The position numbers and the translations under genes are program-made. The notes under the pieces were generated by a model, which saw only the letters and a program-made list of their open reading frames with translations, made no database searches and was not told where the DNA came from. A stretch of 64,000 nucleotides of DNA from Marsupella aquatica (taxonomy: Eukaryota > Plantae > Marchantiophyta), in the NCBI GenBank assembly GCA_973895155.1, contig OZ316892.1:29332932-29396931 (forward strand), read 5' to 3'. Below, piece after piece: positions 22,580 through 36,369 of this stretch. Numbering within the stretch: position 1 is the stretch's first letter; every line of letters begins with the position of its first letter.

Positions 22580-22810
22580 TTGTTAATTTGTTGTAGTGGG
22601 GGACTCCCTGGCTTGTTGGACCTATCTGATACTTACTTGCCTGGGGTCTTTCCCTTTTCCCTCCCTTTATTGGGTCTTGTTGTCTTTTGGATCCTGTCTC
22701 CCAGTTTGGCACTTTTGCCCTTTGGCACTATGATCCATACTTGGAGGGCTGTTTCAAATACTAAAGATAGTGTCCCTAGGCCCCAACTTCTTGTAAAGGG
22801 CTAAAATAGT
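22580..22810. repeat. Dispersed strand-biased repeat family; other copies at ~56050-56125 (rc), ~56945-57185 (rc), ~57895-58040 and ~62295-62425
   Basis: Shared core ggggactcc.tggcttgttggacc...ccctttattggg...tttgg(g)a(t/c)c...tttgccctttggcact. Confidence 0.7.
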
Positions 22811-24814
22811 TCTGGGAATCCTTTTATGGCCCCTGACATCTTGTAAAGCTAACTCCATCAAATGGTGGTGGAGTAATTTGCTAAGAGGCAAGTTGGAGAC
22901 CCACTCCACCTCATAGTGACAAAGTTCTTGGGCTAGAACCCTTCTATCTCTTAGTAAAGCCATTTTTACTAACTTGTCTCCCAAATCTAACTACAGTTCT
23001 CTCTCTCTAAGTGCACTATCCATAAGTGCAAAACCTGACTAACTGCAAGGCATTCCTTTCCTCCCTTCTTAAATGCGGAGCTTGCACTTTTATTGCACTC
23101 ATTTCTAAGTGTAATCTGGCCTGAATGTTTTTGCTAAATGACAGCTTTCTAAAAACCCTTGATAAGTGTACATGAACAGTGTTGGGTAAGTTCACAATCC
23201 CATTCAGCTCCATTTGTGGTAAGTGCATGTTTATTACAGTAAAAATGGCACTTATGGGCTAGGGGATCTAATTTAGGGCAGGGATGTAGGATTTAGGGGT
23301 GGGAGTCACTAAAGTGTTCAATGCTAGAGGACAGTGGCACATTTATCAAAGAGTTCCAACCCATACAGTCTTATTGATAAGTGCACAATTCTGTGGGTTT
23401 TGTCATGTAGTGCAAGCCCCATTTAGTGCACACTGGATGCTACTTCCTAAGCGTACACATTTAGGGAGACAACCGTAGCAATGTGATCCTACTCTTTAGG
23501 GCCTATGGTCTTCAGAGAACACGGTGATATGAGATTCACCTCCACTTACTTCTTCTCAGCAACTCCCATGCGGTAGTCCACTCACTGTCTCAGTAGTCAC
23601 ATGTCTTGCTGTTCGAGAAGTCGCCCTCGCCCTGACACTTTTTAGAGGATTGATCGATCATTGCATGAAAGGCTCTGCTTCTGCTCACCAGAAAAATTGT
23701 GGGAAGCGAAAAGTTCTAGCTGGCAAGATGCGTCATTTCGATGTGCTCGAGTTCAAAAATGTCCTGTGCTCATCGTTCTCCCCAATTCCTTCCTTAACGT
23801 TGAAACTGATGCTGCTAGGCACAGTGCAGCAAGTCAAGGCGTCGACTACTGTTAACACTGGTCAGGTCGTACCTCACCATTTAACCCAGCTTTGTGGCCT
23901 TGCAGTTTGCGCAAAAACCCGGGCGCAAAAGTTTGGAGGCCAACTCAGGCGTTTGCACACTTTGTGCCCGCGTCCCGGGCCACAAACTCCCGGGCGTCGG
24001 AAAAATTCACGTTACCTAAAGTTTGAGATATCCTACTACTAGAGTTAAAAGTTTAGATTGTGATGAGGCGTAACTGAAGTTGAGGGTGCAAAGTGGAAAA
24101 GAGAACTTGGAGGAGTTTAGGGTTTAGTTTCCATTTTCACCTACCTAGCTACCACAGTTGGCAGAACTGGCAGCCAATAGATACTACCTCTTTCCTGGGA
24201 GAGATTCCACCACACTTCAAAAGATCCTGCATATGCATGAGATTTTGACACAACACATTACTATGGAGGGCGATAGAGGTCCAAGAAGGGGGAAGGGATT
24301 GTGACTGAATCCATATGGAGGCTTTTCTAATGTTTGGGCCTCCAAATGATTGGCTAAATTTTGGGTTTATAGAGCATTGACCCCTAACTTGCTGATTATT
24401 GGGTTTGGTTACTGTAAGGAATAAACACCCAGTCTGACATCACCCTCTTTTAGTTTAGTATAAGTAGCATAGATGGTGAAATCAGGGTGATCAGGTATTT
24501 TCCCACCTATTAAGTGCAAGTAAGTATAAAATTTTATAGTACAAGACTTAGACATTTTTGTGGAAAAATATTGAGCCTTTTTAGTTGCAATACTAATCTT
24601 AATGATAAATTGCGAGCATAAGCTACTTTCAAGGGCTAGGGTCTAGAGTGAAGACCCTAACTCTAAATAAAATCAAAGCTGGACTCTAAATCAGGACATA
24701 GTGAGGCTGAACAAAAATGGGATGGGACAAATATATACAGGAAAAAGCATAGAAATTGTTTTTTGCAAGAATGTTTAGGGTTTATTCTACACTGTAATAA
24801 AGGGACCCCTGAGG

Positions 24815-25072
24815 GTCAAATGAAGCTCATCCCCAACCCTTCCTGGATAATTTTCCTTCACACTAGAAATCAGCTTCACATTACAGTGCAGATTAGAATC
24901 TTGAAACCCAACTTACAACAAATCACTTATAAAGTAAAAACTAGATATTGTTGTCCAAATACAGATCCAGATCCAGTAACCCAAAACCCAGACAGTGCCT
25001 TCAAATCCTATAAAATTAGAGCGAATCCGGTGGACATAATTATTGGCATTTCAGTTACTGGGTTTGGTCAAT
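24815..25072. repeat. Dispersed repeat, homologous to 59728-59960
   Basis: caaatgaa.ctca.ccccaaccct...ctagaaatcagcttcaca...agatcca.taacc.aaa...gcattt.agttactgggtt shared. Confidence 0.8.
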
Positions 25073-25335
25073 ATCTATTATTATAGTAAGTCTTTCCAAT
25101 AAGGGTCAAAATAAGATCTCGCATCTCCAACGATTATTGGGTTGGCCTACTATGACACTCTGTTGACCAAATCCAGTACGGTTGGGCCAAACTCGTCCAC
25201 AATGTTATTGGAACACGATTCAGATTTCAACTTACTGGTTATTAAAACTGGATTTGGTCTTTAGAATTAACTGGATTTGAGAGATTCTGTAGCTTTTGAG
25301 TGAATATTGGATTCAATCCTTCGTTGGACAAGATT

Positions 25336-25513
25336 GACAGATATGCTTAGTAGACCCCTTTCTGGAAATAGTTTGTTTAATCAACTTTCTCTATACTTTT
25401 CCTCAATTTAGATTGTTGATGGACCTTTCAATCTCAGATTTGGACCGTTGATAGACCTCAGGGAATCGATCAAGTAACAAGTTTCATTTTGGGGGTCGAT
25501 CAAGCAATACCTC
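25336..25513 (-). mobile_element. Mutator-like MITE, copy 1 (178 bp)
   Basis: Imperfect TIRs (GAGGTATTGCTTGA / TAAGCATATCTGTC); perfect 9-bp TSD GACAAGATT at 25327-25335 and 25514-25522; reverse-complement homolog of 54550-54727. Confidence 0.85.
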
Positions 25514-28500
25514 GACAAGATTTCATGATTATCATCCAACCTGCCTATTTTGGGAGGTAAGAAAAATATCCATTAACGGTTGGAGTTGCAGTTTGGCATA
25601 ACATGCTTGTGTTATATGATACTCCAAAGAAAGCAAGTAAAGAGAATAGAGATGCTCTAATCCATGTATTCTTTGCCGGACAATAATTGCATATTAAAAA
25701 ACAACAGCATATGGTGCATTGCACCAAGTGGCAAGTGCCCACAAGCTGAACAAATTTTCCATACCACAATAAACACTATTTTTGTAAATATCACTGAGTG
25801 TTGTTCTTTATCTGGTTGTAGCCTTGTGATGTTCAATTACCATGAAGCGTACTCTTTGGGTCTTTTGGAGCCACTACTAGATTATTCCACACATCAGATG
25901 AAGACACAAACAAAAAAAAACAAAACGGAAGGAACTATAAAATGAAACGCACACCCACTAAAAAGAACGGACGGAAAGATAAAACAAATCCCTAACCCAC
26001 TTAATTTTGAAAAACGGGCGGCAAAATAAAACAAACCCCTAACCCAGTTATTTTAATAAAAACCGGTCGGCAAGATCAAATAAAACCGGCAAGACTCTTT
26101 CCTAGGGTAACCGACACTTGTCCATTGCGGAAGTCGTGTACCGGATGACCGGACGTACCGGTGCCCTTGTCCACGGAGCGCAGCGGGGGAGCCTGGATTC
26201 CCGGCCACCCTGGTGACAAGGCCGATATCAATGTCGGGCCCAGCACTCATTCCGGGCAGTGCGTTTCTGGGACGTGCGGATCCCGGGCAGGCTCATTTCT
26301 ACCCGCCATCCCGGGTCCACCCCAGTACGGCGCCGTCGCCCTGCCCAGAGGAGAACGGACGGTGGACGGACGGAGACATGTGAATGATATCATTATGGGG
26401 GTGACGTTCGGTTTCAATATCCGGGCAACGGCACTGTACAGGGGCAGTAGTACAGTCGCGCGGGCAGACAGAAATCGGAGATAACTAGCACGGGGGGAAT
26501 GACCACCTCCCCTTGCCGTCAGATCTATTCGACGGATGATGTGGCTGTCTCTGACCCGTCGGATAGGCTGAAGGGTTGGTAATTGACTTCATTCACTCTC
26601 TGACGTTGGTTATGCGGTAGTGCATTACACGGGTCGCGCAAAAAGAAAGAGTTGTTTAATTTTGGACCTGTCTGGGTCCCTTGGACCCTTTGACTCCTTG
26701 TTTTTTTCCTCTTGGTTCGGTCTTTCGCATAGTGTGTAATGTTGTACTCTTCTTGTTGTTTGGCAGTTTAGAATACTTGAATGGTGAACTATCTGAGGAA
26801 TATATTATGCCTGCGTCCTTCAAGATTTTTGGCTTTTTGGTTGCCTTCTCCCTGGTTGGCTGGTTGGGTCTTGGGCATGTGGGATCATGTGACCCAGATG
26901 CGTGTCTTTTATGTTTAACAGCTTGATATTAGAATATACTAAGTAAAGTTGCCAGTCAGTTTCTGGAGAAAATTATGACACCTTTTTTGGTTGCACATTT
27001 CATATTTGCTAAGAACACCTACAGTAGTTTCTCCAGACACTTTGACAGACTATAATTTAATTTTTATGTCCAGTTTATTATTTCCCAAAGTTTGAGATTT
27101 TTCTCAAATCATTATTCAATTTCCGATGGGAGAAAAATTTGTCAAATGTTATAAACTACATTAATCACCAATGGAAACCTCATTTTTGTGAAGGTCTCCA
27201 ATTACCATTTTTATAACTAATCACTAGAAGCTAAACTTGGGGTGACTTAGAAGCTAACCTTTAGGGTCTAGGTTTTTAGAGTGAAGCTTCTTTACTCCTT
27301 AGTATTGATGTCTATGTAACTACAGTAATCACTTTTGTGAGAGACTCCCAAATAGTTTGGACATGAGCAGTGCCTTATCACCTGGTGAACTAAACAAAAC
27401 CAAAATAAAACCAAATGCAAACAGTCAGGAGCCCATGGAGCCCAGTACAGGTTATCTACCTATCTATTTAGACGTTCTGAAATCCATCATGGCTTCCCAG
27501 CAAACCCCTAAGTTTATATGAGCGTTATTTTCAATATTTTAGAGTGCTTGTAATTAAAGTATTAAAATGCCCCTCACGAGTTACATGGAGTAAATCTTAC
27601 AGTCTTACACATTCTCGCCCATTGGTCGGGGATCAAAAAGCGTGATTTTTCCATTGTATTTTTCTTCGCATCGTTCTTTTCTGGTTTGCTTTTTAGTCCG
27701 AATGTTACGGAGATTCGAAAAAGCAATTCAGCCTCCCTCGGTCCCTCCCTACGAGAAATCTCGAGAAAGTGAGAAACGGTGTGATCGGGCTCAAGCTTTG
27801 ATGAAGACCAACCCACGAAATCGATATAATTCTCCGGACACGAGGCCTGAATGACAGACACTCTCTCGCCTGGACAAGCTTTTTGAGCGATGGTTGGAAA
27901 CAGTTTGCAGTACTGTCGAGAGACCTGGGAGCGGCGGCGTCGTGGGTCCCGTTCTGCATCATTCAGTGTGGGCCGTCTCATCAGTAAGTTCATCTAATTC
28001 GTCTCCCGTTCTGTTCTCATGACTTCATGCCATCTGCACTGCTTGTACAGTCAGGCAAATTTCATTCCACCCACCTGTTGACAAAAAGAAATTGGAAGCT
28101 CAGGCACTCACACATCCATCTGCCTATCATCTCGCAAGCACTCAAATTCCCTAGGCTTGCATTATTAATAGAGGAGCCTTCCGTAATGCGTGAGTCCACG
28201 GGCTGAATTTGATTCCTTGATGGTACTGGAGCTGGAGGACGAGCCAATTCTCTCACACCACCCTGGCCGTCTGGGAGTTTCTCCACCAAGGAACTCCAAG
28301 TCATCAGCTGTCGCCGAGCTGGGACTTTTGAAGTCAGGAGAGCTTGGGCCTCGGAGACTGTGAGAGTGGTAGAGGGTGTGGGGTCAGCAAAAAAGCTGCC
28401 GACTTGGCACAAACGTGTTGCTTCTTTAGTGGGTTTATGATGAGCTGCATAAAAGGTGGAGATTGCGTGTCCGTGAGATGTTCATGACAGCTTCATTTAC

Positions 28501-30025
28501 TGGTGTCGGTAAACACTAACGAGGGAGAGCGAAGAGAGCGGGGAGGAAGGAAGGGAGGGACGAGCCCGCAAGAAAAGAGGAAACGAGGAAAGAAGCCAAC
28601 AGAATCGGATCCTCTCCCCTCGCTCATGATGACGGTGAGTGGTGAATGTAACACCAGCAGCAGCAGCGTAACGAGCTACTGTAGAGGCTACAACCGCCAT
28701 CACCACCACCACCAGCTTGAGGAATGAGGAAACTTCGGTTGTTGTAAGAGCGACTGAGATTGGGGATATGTTTGGCAGGCCACGTTGTAGCCAGCCATCA
28801 TCGAGTTGCGTTCCGTTCGGTTGCGTTATACTCCGTCCTTCCGGCTTGCTCGCTGGCTGGCTGGCTGTTGGGGTGTCTCTCCTCGCCTTTCTTCTTGTAT
28901 TCGTCGTCCGTTGTGATGCGTTCACTACTGAACCGGATCGAGAAAGCAGGCTCGTGATTTGCATTGTGGTTCATTGGGTGGCGATAATGGGCTAGGAAAA
29001 ACAATTATGTGCCGCTGGATTCCACGGAGCACCTGTGATGCGTGAGATTCGTGAACGGACGGCTGTGCTGTCTGGCTGGCTGGTAAGGGTAGGATGATTA
29101 TTATTACCGTAGCCGAGCTGCCATGAACATGAAGGCGGGGAAGGAATGAGAAGGCGCACGAGGAGGAAGGGCTTTTAAGCAGGTGTGCATAAGGGGTAAT
29201 TGTTTGCAGCGAGGGTGCTCACGTAGGGAGCAGGAGGAGCGAAGACCAGCGGTGGCGGCGGGTTGGAAGGAGGGAAAGGAGGCGCAGGATTACTGAGATT
29301 CTGTTCTCTGCTTCCGCAACACCTTTCATGATTCTTCGGCGTGTTTGTGGCTGGATTCGAGGTGTCTAGCAGGACCCAACACAGCAGCTGAAGAGGACTT
29401 TACCTGTAAGTTAGCTGAAATCTGGATAGTCAATCCTCCTGACATTTTGTTTTTTCCCACCTCCTTTTGGACCTGAGACGGTCATTGAACTTCTTACATG
29501 AATTTCGAATGTGTTGAGTCTAATTTCGAGTACGGTCTCGCTTCGTTGAATGAAATCTGCGGAGCAAGATTTTCCTTGTCCTCCCCCTTTTTCCTTGGTT
29601 ATGGCCCTCGGTCATCACGTATGCTGAGGTTGTGTTCTAACACCAGTTGGCTGACTCCATGTCACAGATATCACACATTTTACCGGGTTTGTCCACTCAT
29701 ACTCACAAGAGCTTCATCCACACAGCCTACGGAATTTCTGAAATCTGGACCAGGAAAGATGCATCATTTGGTTACATTTACTCTCACATCTTCAAAGCAG
29801 AGATTGCTAATTCTGTTTTTTCGAAAATCGGAACTGGCGAACATTGGTTTCTTATCTGGGTCACTCTTACTTGGACACCATGGAAGGTCAATTTGGAAAT
29901 CTGGGACCCGAAAGCTCTGTTCTTGTACGGAGTAGGCTTCTGAAATTTTGGTGGACCAGAGAAGGGCAAATTTCTTGAAGAAGGTGGACCAAAGTTCAAA
30001 GAAGAGTGTGACTATCCGAGGAAAC

Positions 30026-33000
30026 ATGAAAGGAGGTGGTGGTGGGAGCGAGAACAGTACGAAGACCAACTCTTGGTGTAACAACTGTCGGAGAATTTCG
30101 GCAATTATGATGTCGACAATTCCTTTACACTCATCATCTTCTGCGTCTTCTGGTTTTTCTTGGAAAGGACAGGGTTTTTCTTGGAAAGGACAGAACTCGT
30201 TGCTGAAGGTTGCCATGATCCTTGCCATGGTGGTGCTCGTATTCTCAATCTACCAGAGCTGTATTCCACATGAGTCCTCGCTTCCCGTATGGCTCTCTCT
30301 CTCCTTCGTTTCCCGCCCGTCCTTCCTCCTCTCCTCCCACGAATTATCTCAGCAACCCCAAGAACGCCCCGCTTCCCGCCTCGTCGAAACCTTGGCCCCC
30401 ATGCCCCTCGACCACCCGGACTTTTCCACCTTGCCTCCAGGAGACGTCGCTCCGTTCTCTTCAGGAGAAAAATATGAACCTTCTCAAGGTCAAACTGGTG
30501 ACGAGGAAACTGAGAAAAGCGCCAATTTCGTGGCCTACAATGGCAGCGTGAGCAGCTTCGAGCGAGCCTCAGGTTCAACCAATCCTAGTTCTTCCGCTGC
30601 TGAGAAAGATTTGCTGGTGGATCCCCAGGACGATGGTCTGCCAGGTTCGAATTTAAGTGACTTGGCTACTTCCTCTTCTGGCGAGAAAGATAAATTCCAA
30701 GACAGCGAGAACATGGTGCATGCTGAAATCACCTCGTTGGAAGTCAATGCGAATTCGAGTTACTCTTCGTCTTCTTCTGTGGAGAAAGATCAAAGTAGTA
30801 CCTTGCCAGCTGATGAGAAAACCTCCATGGAAAGTGCCAAGAATGATCAAGCGAACGAGGGTAAGATGTCAGAGGAGGGTGGTAAAGAAAACCAACAAAC
30901 TGAGGTGCTTGTGTCGAGCAATTCGACTCGAGAGCCGAAACCTGAAGCAGATGGAGTGACCTCAAGTGAGGAGGTTCTTCTTCAACGTCCTGCTAGCGAT
31001 AATGTCCCTGAAGTTGTTCCAGTTGTACCTGTTGTAGAGCTGGGGCTTCCTCAGGCGGCCAACACAGAGTCTTCTGTGGACACCCAAATGGCGATTGCAT
31101 CAGAGATCACGGAGGTTAATTTTCTTTCCCTTCGGCAGTGTATGGATTACGGTTGTATAATATTGGTCCAATCACAGCAAAGTTCTACCCCACCTAGCGA
31201 ATTTGACTTATGTACAATTAAGGATCTTTGGTTTCCTTCCCACTCCAAATTGGCCGTTTTTGCCCATGTATACCTTCCTTCGGTCGCTACCAGTAGACAC
31301 TTGTGCAGCCACTTTAGGTGGTGCAAATGTGAACATAACTATAAAGCTAAATTACGCAGGTCAACCATCTTCTAGCTTTACATCTCGTGCAGTAAGTTTG
31401 GCTCATGTTTTGCTTTGCATACTTGATCCCTTCGTCCAATTAGTGAAGTGTAAAACTTATCCTGTAGCTTGTAGACGTTCTGCTTGTTCTGGATCAGACG
31501 TTTGTTGGATCTTTCCTAGTTGAATAGTAGCTCTTTTGCATTCTCCTTCCCTTGCAAAAGTCGGTAGTGGTACCTTTTCACTTGTGTTGGTGCTGGAGGG
31601 TATGATAAGAAGAAGAAGGGTACTTCAAGAAGCTAACGCCACGCAGGTTGTTTGCAGAAGCCGATGGACAACCGTCGTGTAAGGCTTGAGCAGCAGCTAT
31701 ATGCCGCAAAGCAAGCTATCGAAGGAGCCACACTTGCGGATTCCGACCCCAGCCTTTATCACGTCATCTACCACAACGTTTCTGCTTTTTCGAAGTGAGT
31801 TTACGAGTCCCTCTTGACATCCAGCAGCGTACAAGATTGTGCTTAAATTTCTAATTGGATGCATGCATTCCATCTTGATAGTGCTACGAGTCATTCCAGT
31901 AGTGTTTAGAGGCCTGACTTTCATTGCGGCTTTCTGGTGCAGGAGCTATAAGCTCATGGAGGAGATGTTCAAAATCTACGTTTACAAGGACGGAAAGCCA
32001 CCACTGGTCCATGTTGGGCCATTGCTGGGCATTTATGCCTCTGAGGGGAGATTCCTCGACCAGATCAGCCGGGGATCGGCATTCATAGTAGAGGATCCTG
32101 AGCTAGCGCACATGTTCTATTTGCCATACAGCGTCACGCAAATGACCCTCACTATATATGTTGAGGGTTCACATTCCATGCAGCCACTTAACATGTTCAT
32201 AAAGGATTATGTCGACCAGGTGGCTGCAAATTATCCCTATTGGAATCGCACTCTCGGAGCTGATCACTTCTTTGTGTCATGTCACGACTGGGTGAGCCGA
32301 TCTTTAACCATCTTCCCGTTTTCTTCCAGGAGGTTGTCTAACTAATTGTAGCATTCGATGGAGAATTCGAGTGTACCCTGAAATTCTTCGCCGTGTGTTG
32401 AATCTTTGGTTCTTGTCTCGGTTTTCCGAAGGAAATACCTGTTCGAAGCTTGTGAATCCTCACTTGCTTATATTGTATGGTTGAATCCCGAAGAAGTTTA
32501 TTTCTTCTCTGATAATTTCTTGACACCAACGATAGGCAAATTCTTATCATCATTCTTGTCGGAATGTGCAGGGACCAGCTACAGCACGAGATCATAAGGA
32601 ACTAAGGAGGAACGCCATGAAAGTCGTGTGTAATGCTGATGTCAATGAAGACTATGTCCTGGGGAAAGACGCGTCTTTGCCTGAGATATACTTGCACGAG
32701 TTCAAGCCCGTGAAGGTGGGAGGTCCGGGGGCTGTGAGGAGAACAATTCTTGCCTTCTTTGCAGGCCAAATGCATGGGCATGTGAGACCTGTGTTACTTG
32801 AGCACTGGAAGGATAAGGATCCAGATATGAAGATCTACGAGGTGTTGCCGAAGACCGTAGAAAGGAAAATGAATTACGTGGAGCACATGAAGAACAGCAA
32901 GTATTGCATTTGTGCGGCAGGGTTCGAGGTCAACAGCCCCCGAATCGTGGAGTCTATATATTATGACTGTGTACCAGTCATCATAGCTGACAACTTTGTG

Positions 33001-33240
33001 CTTCCCTTCAGCGACATTCTAAATTGGAGTACATTCTCTGTCTTCATTCCTGAGAGTGACATTCCCAACTTGAAATCTATACTGTTGAGCATTTCTGACA
33101 GGCAATACAGGGCTATGCAGAAGAGGCTCTCCAAGGTCAGGCAGCACTTCATCTGGAACAATGAACCAGTGAAGTATGATGTTTTCCACATGATTATGTA
33201 TTCTGTGTGGATGAGCCGCCTCAACCGTTTAAATGAGTAG
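30026..33240 (+). CDS. Exostosin-family (GT47) glycosyltransferase, type II Golgi membrane protein, ~747 aa, 4 coding exons
   Basis: Exons 30026-31114, 31658-31794, 31943-32291, 32572-33240 (GT-AG, phases 0/2/0). N-terminal TM LLKVAMILAMVVLVFSIY, long S/E-rich stem, then SYKLME..FKIYVY, GIYASEG, AHMFYLPYS, YWNRTLGADHFFVSCHDW, SKYCICAAGFEVNSPRIVESI..DCVPVII, LPFSDILNW. A probable 5'UTR intron donor is at ~29406. Confidence 0.92.
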
Positions 33241-34679
33241 AAAAGAAAGTAGGGATAGGTTATTATTTCCATCCTTGATTCCCATTTCCCAAAGCTGACC
33301 TCTGAGAAGCCACTACTGTGCGACTTCTGCACAAGTGAACCTTAGGTAGACCCCATCCTAGGTCTTCCGCAATAGACAAGTATACTTCTTGACCTCATGT
33401 GAGGCTCCTTGGTACTTGAAGCATGTTGTAAACTGCCCTTCATAGAACTGAGCAGACTTAGTAACTGAGACTTAATAACTTATGTACATCCCGGAATCCC
33501 AATGATCTGCCAGCGGTTAAGCTGAAAACTAGAGGAATCGGCAAGACTCGAGCACGCATCAGGATACCTTGGGACGTCAATTCAATTCTGGGTTAAGGTT
33601 CTTAGAAAGTGAATGTTCGAACCCAAATGCCGATGCTGTCATGCCTACCCTGTAGATTGAGTCTCTTGAGACTATCACAGACTATCAGACTCTCACAGGC
33701 AATAGATTATTAGAAGCTGGAGTATCTCAAATTTCAACTTCATTTGTAATTTAACATAGAGTGCTCCATTCAGTGAGTACTCTAACAACCTTCCCTTGAT
33801 TATGGGATGAGGTAGGGAAATTCATAATTTATAAACTTTAATATAGTCCCAATAGTTTGGAGACAGGATCTTTGTGTCACACTGCTCTTTTCATTTCTTC
33901 TGTTTGCAGAGTTGTTCCTACAAAGTTGATAACATAGACAGACAGGTTGAAATTAACAACAGTTCTGGACATCTCTGAAGAGAGGTAACAGAGACGCATC
34001 AAGCCTTGACCGTTGTATGGTGCTTTGAGTGGTCCTCTCATACTCTCGGATAATGTTTTGTGCTTGTGAGTTTCGATCAAACTCGAGCAAATTCACTGCG
34101 ATTTGCTCAACGAATCTCCGATTGTCAATTTTTATCTGCGTCTTTCGCAATTGTAATCTTCCATCGTGCGTGAGGTCCGGAAAGAAGCTCTCCATGATCG
34201 AATTCTTAGGTTAGCCCATGGGAAACTCTCCAATTTGTTAGTCCTTGGGAGCTTTACAGGTAGGATAGCTGACAGTATAAGAGCAATTGGTGGTCTCCAG
34301 TTTCGGGTTACGAGGCCATTGGAGCTGCAGGTCGGATTACATTGAACGCATCATTAGAAATTTCAAATTCAGGGTTCAGTAGACAGGTGAACAGGATCTT
34401 CGTACCAAACTGACGTACTGCGAATGGACTTGGGTCAAAAAATTGGCTTCGGAACTAGAGCTCACGAATCTGAACTTAGGAAGAGTGGTGAGTGACAGAA
34501 ATTTAGATGTCGTCCTCTGAAAACGGAAATTAATTTGAAAAATTGACATAATCACACTGTTTTTTCTCCTGAAGTACTCCCAGAATCTCTTCGCTGCTGG
34601 TGAAAAACCACGTAGCATCTAACTAAAATTGGTCTCTCCAGTTACCGTGCCGAAAATACTTCGTCAATCTAAAAACACA

Positions 34680-35610
34680 ATGCTCTCAGCGTCGACCCAG
34701 AGTGCAACAAGCGATCTGGTGGTGACAAATACCACAAGCGATGTCAATCTAAAATCATAATGACCTCAGTCCTCAACCCAGAGTGCAAAAAGCGATCTGG
34801 TCGTGACAAACACCACAAGCGATGTTGGAGACATTGAATCTCTTTTTCTGGAAGAGGAGAGACTACTGAAGCGTATTTGTGATGCTTGAATACTGACTGC
34901 TGTTGTACATTCGGAATTCTCTCATTGCATCTCCCCAAAGTTCGCATGGAATGTTAATTGCCCACGAGTGTACATTTCTTCAATTGCATAGGATTTCTCG
35001 AGAGAACTCACTATTGTAGTTGTATCTCCCATAAGTGCTTCTTCATATAATCCCAAAGGATTTCTTAAGGAAATTAAGTAATATGGATAGATCCACATGT
35101 CATGACTCACTACTGTAATTGTATCTCCCGTCAGTGCTTCTTCATTTAATCGCAAAGGATTTCTTAAGGAAATTAAGTAATATGGATAGATCCACATGTC
35201 ATGACGATATTAAATTATTTAGGAAGGCGAGGTTCGCAAGCCGGCCGAACTCCAAGAGATACACACGTCAGGCCTTTGAAGGACTTTCGATGTTGCTTTG
35301 TGTTACCATTGTAATCCACCTTTGTGGGGCGAACATTCAGGGTTTAGGGTTTAGAAAGGGCTGAGTCATACTTCACCTCAGGGTCTTCACAGCTGTGCTC
35401 GATTTTTGAGGGCTGCAATCGTAATATTGGAATCCACCTTTGTGGGGCTAATGTTCAGGGTTTAGGGTTTCGAAAGGGCCGAGTCATACTACACCTCAGG
35501 GTCTTCACAGTTGTTCTCGATTCGGACGGCTGCAATCGAAGGTTGCCAAGAGCAACGAAGCTGATATCTCGAAGGTTGCCAAGAGCAACGAAGATGATAT
35601 CTCGAAATTC
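34680..35610. repeat. Cluster of four independent two-copy tandem duplications (~80, ~100, ~125 and 33 bp)
   Basis: acccagagtgcaa.aagcgatctggt x2; aaaggatttcttaaggaaattaagtaatatggatagatccacatgtcatgac x2; aatccacctttgtggggc...cagggtttagggttt x2; tcgaaggttgccaagagcaacgaag x2. Confidence 0.85.
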
Positions 35611-36369
35611 CGGATAAATGGGCATTGCGCCAATTTCTGTAGACCCCACAAACATTCAGCATTCAAGCAAGAAACAGGCAATTCAGGCGAGGTGTCAAGG
35701 TGTACTAGCTGGACTGGAGGACTTCGAAAGATGTCAAAATGGTGAACATGCACAAGCTGCCCGCCTGCATCGTAACATAACCATTCCGTTGCTTATTCTT
35801 CTATAGCTTTTGGTTTCTGCTTTTCATCAGGGCATCCATGTCCGTTTGTAAGTTTCTCAAAATTCTAAAGACACAGGAGAACTAGTGAAGGACAGTCAAC
35901 AGCCAAATTGCGGCTTCGAGGAAGGCCAAGGGAATCGAAGTTGCCAGAAATTCCTCTCCAAGAGTGGATCCAATGGTAAAGAGATATCGGTACCTCTGAA
36001 ATATAAATCGATCACAGCAGGGACCACCAGTTATCGTAAAACCTCAAACCCTTACAAAAGTAGATTGGAAGAGAAGATATATCCCTACTTCTCACACCAA
36101 AATCCATCGCAACAGGGAAGACTAGAAGTTGAAGTTTAGAATAAGCCGAACCTAAACCTGAACAGTGGCCTGACAAGAGATTTCAATTCTTCGCAAATAA
36201 AAATTAGACGGAGACATTTGTCACTAAGGGTTTGAACGGCTTACAAATTCAACCTCGCAGTCGGGATGATCCACGAGTTATGAGTCGGCCGAACGCACAG
36301 GCTACATGGACTGTAAACCCTAAAATGACTGAGACACCGTTTCCAATGAGCTCCAAACACATCTACAGA

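Noticed and set aside
22629-22650. U1 snRNA-like 5' end (atacttacttgcctggggtc)
   Set aside because: Mismatches the invariant ACTTACCTG, has no downstream U1 stems or Sm site, and lies within a dispersed repeat.
27574-29004. Several 90-155 aa ORFs on both strands
   Set aside because: Low-complexity, GC-rich promoter/5'UTR region of the GT47 gene; no motifs or consistent splice structure.
31115-31375. Cys-rich C-terminal tail of the 475-aa ORF
   Set aside because: Read-through into intron 1 after the GAG|GTTAAT donor at 31114.
35339-35470. Interstitial telomere array
   Set aside because: Only about two TTTAGGG units per site; telo-box-sized, not an array.
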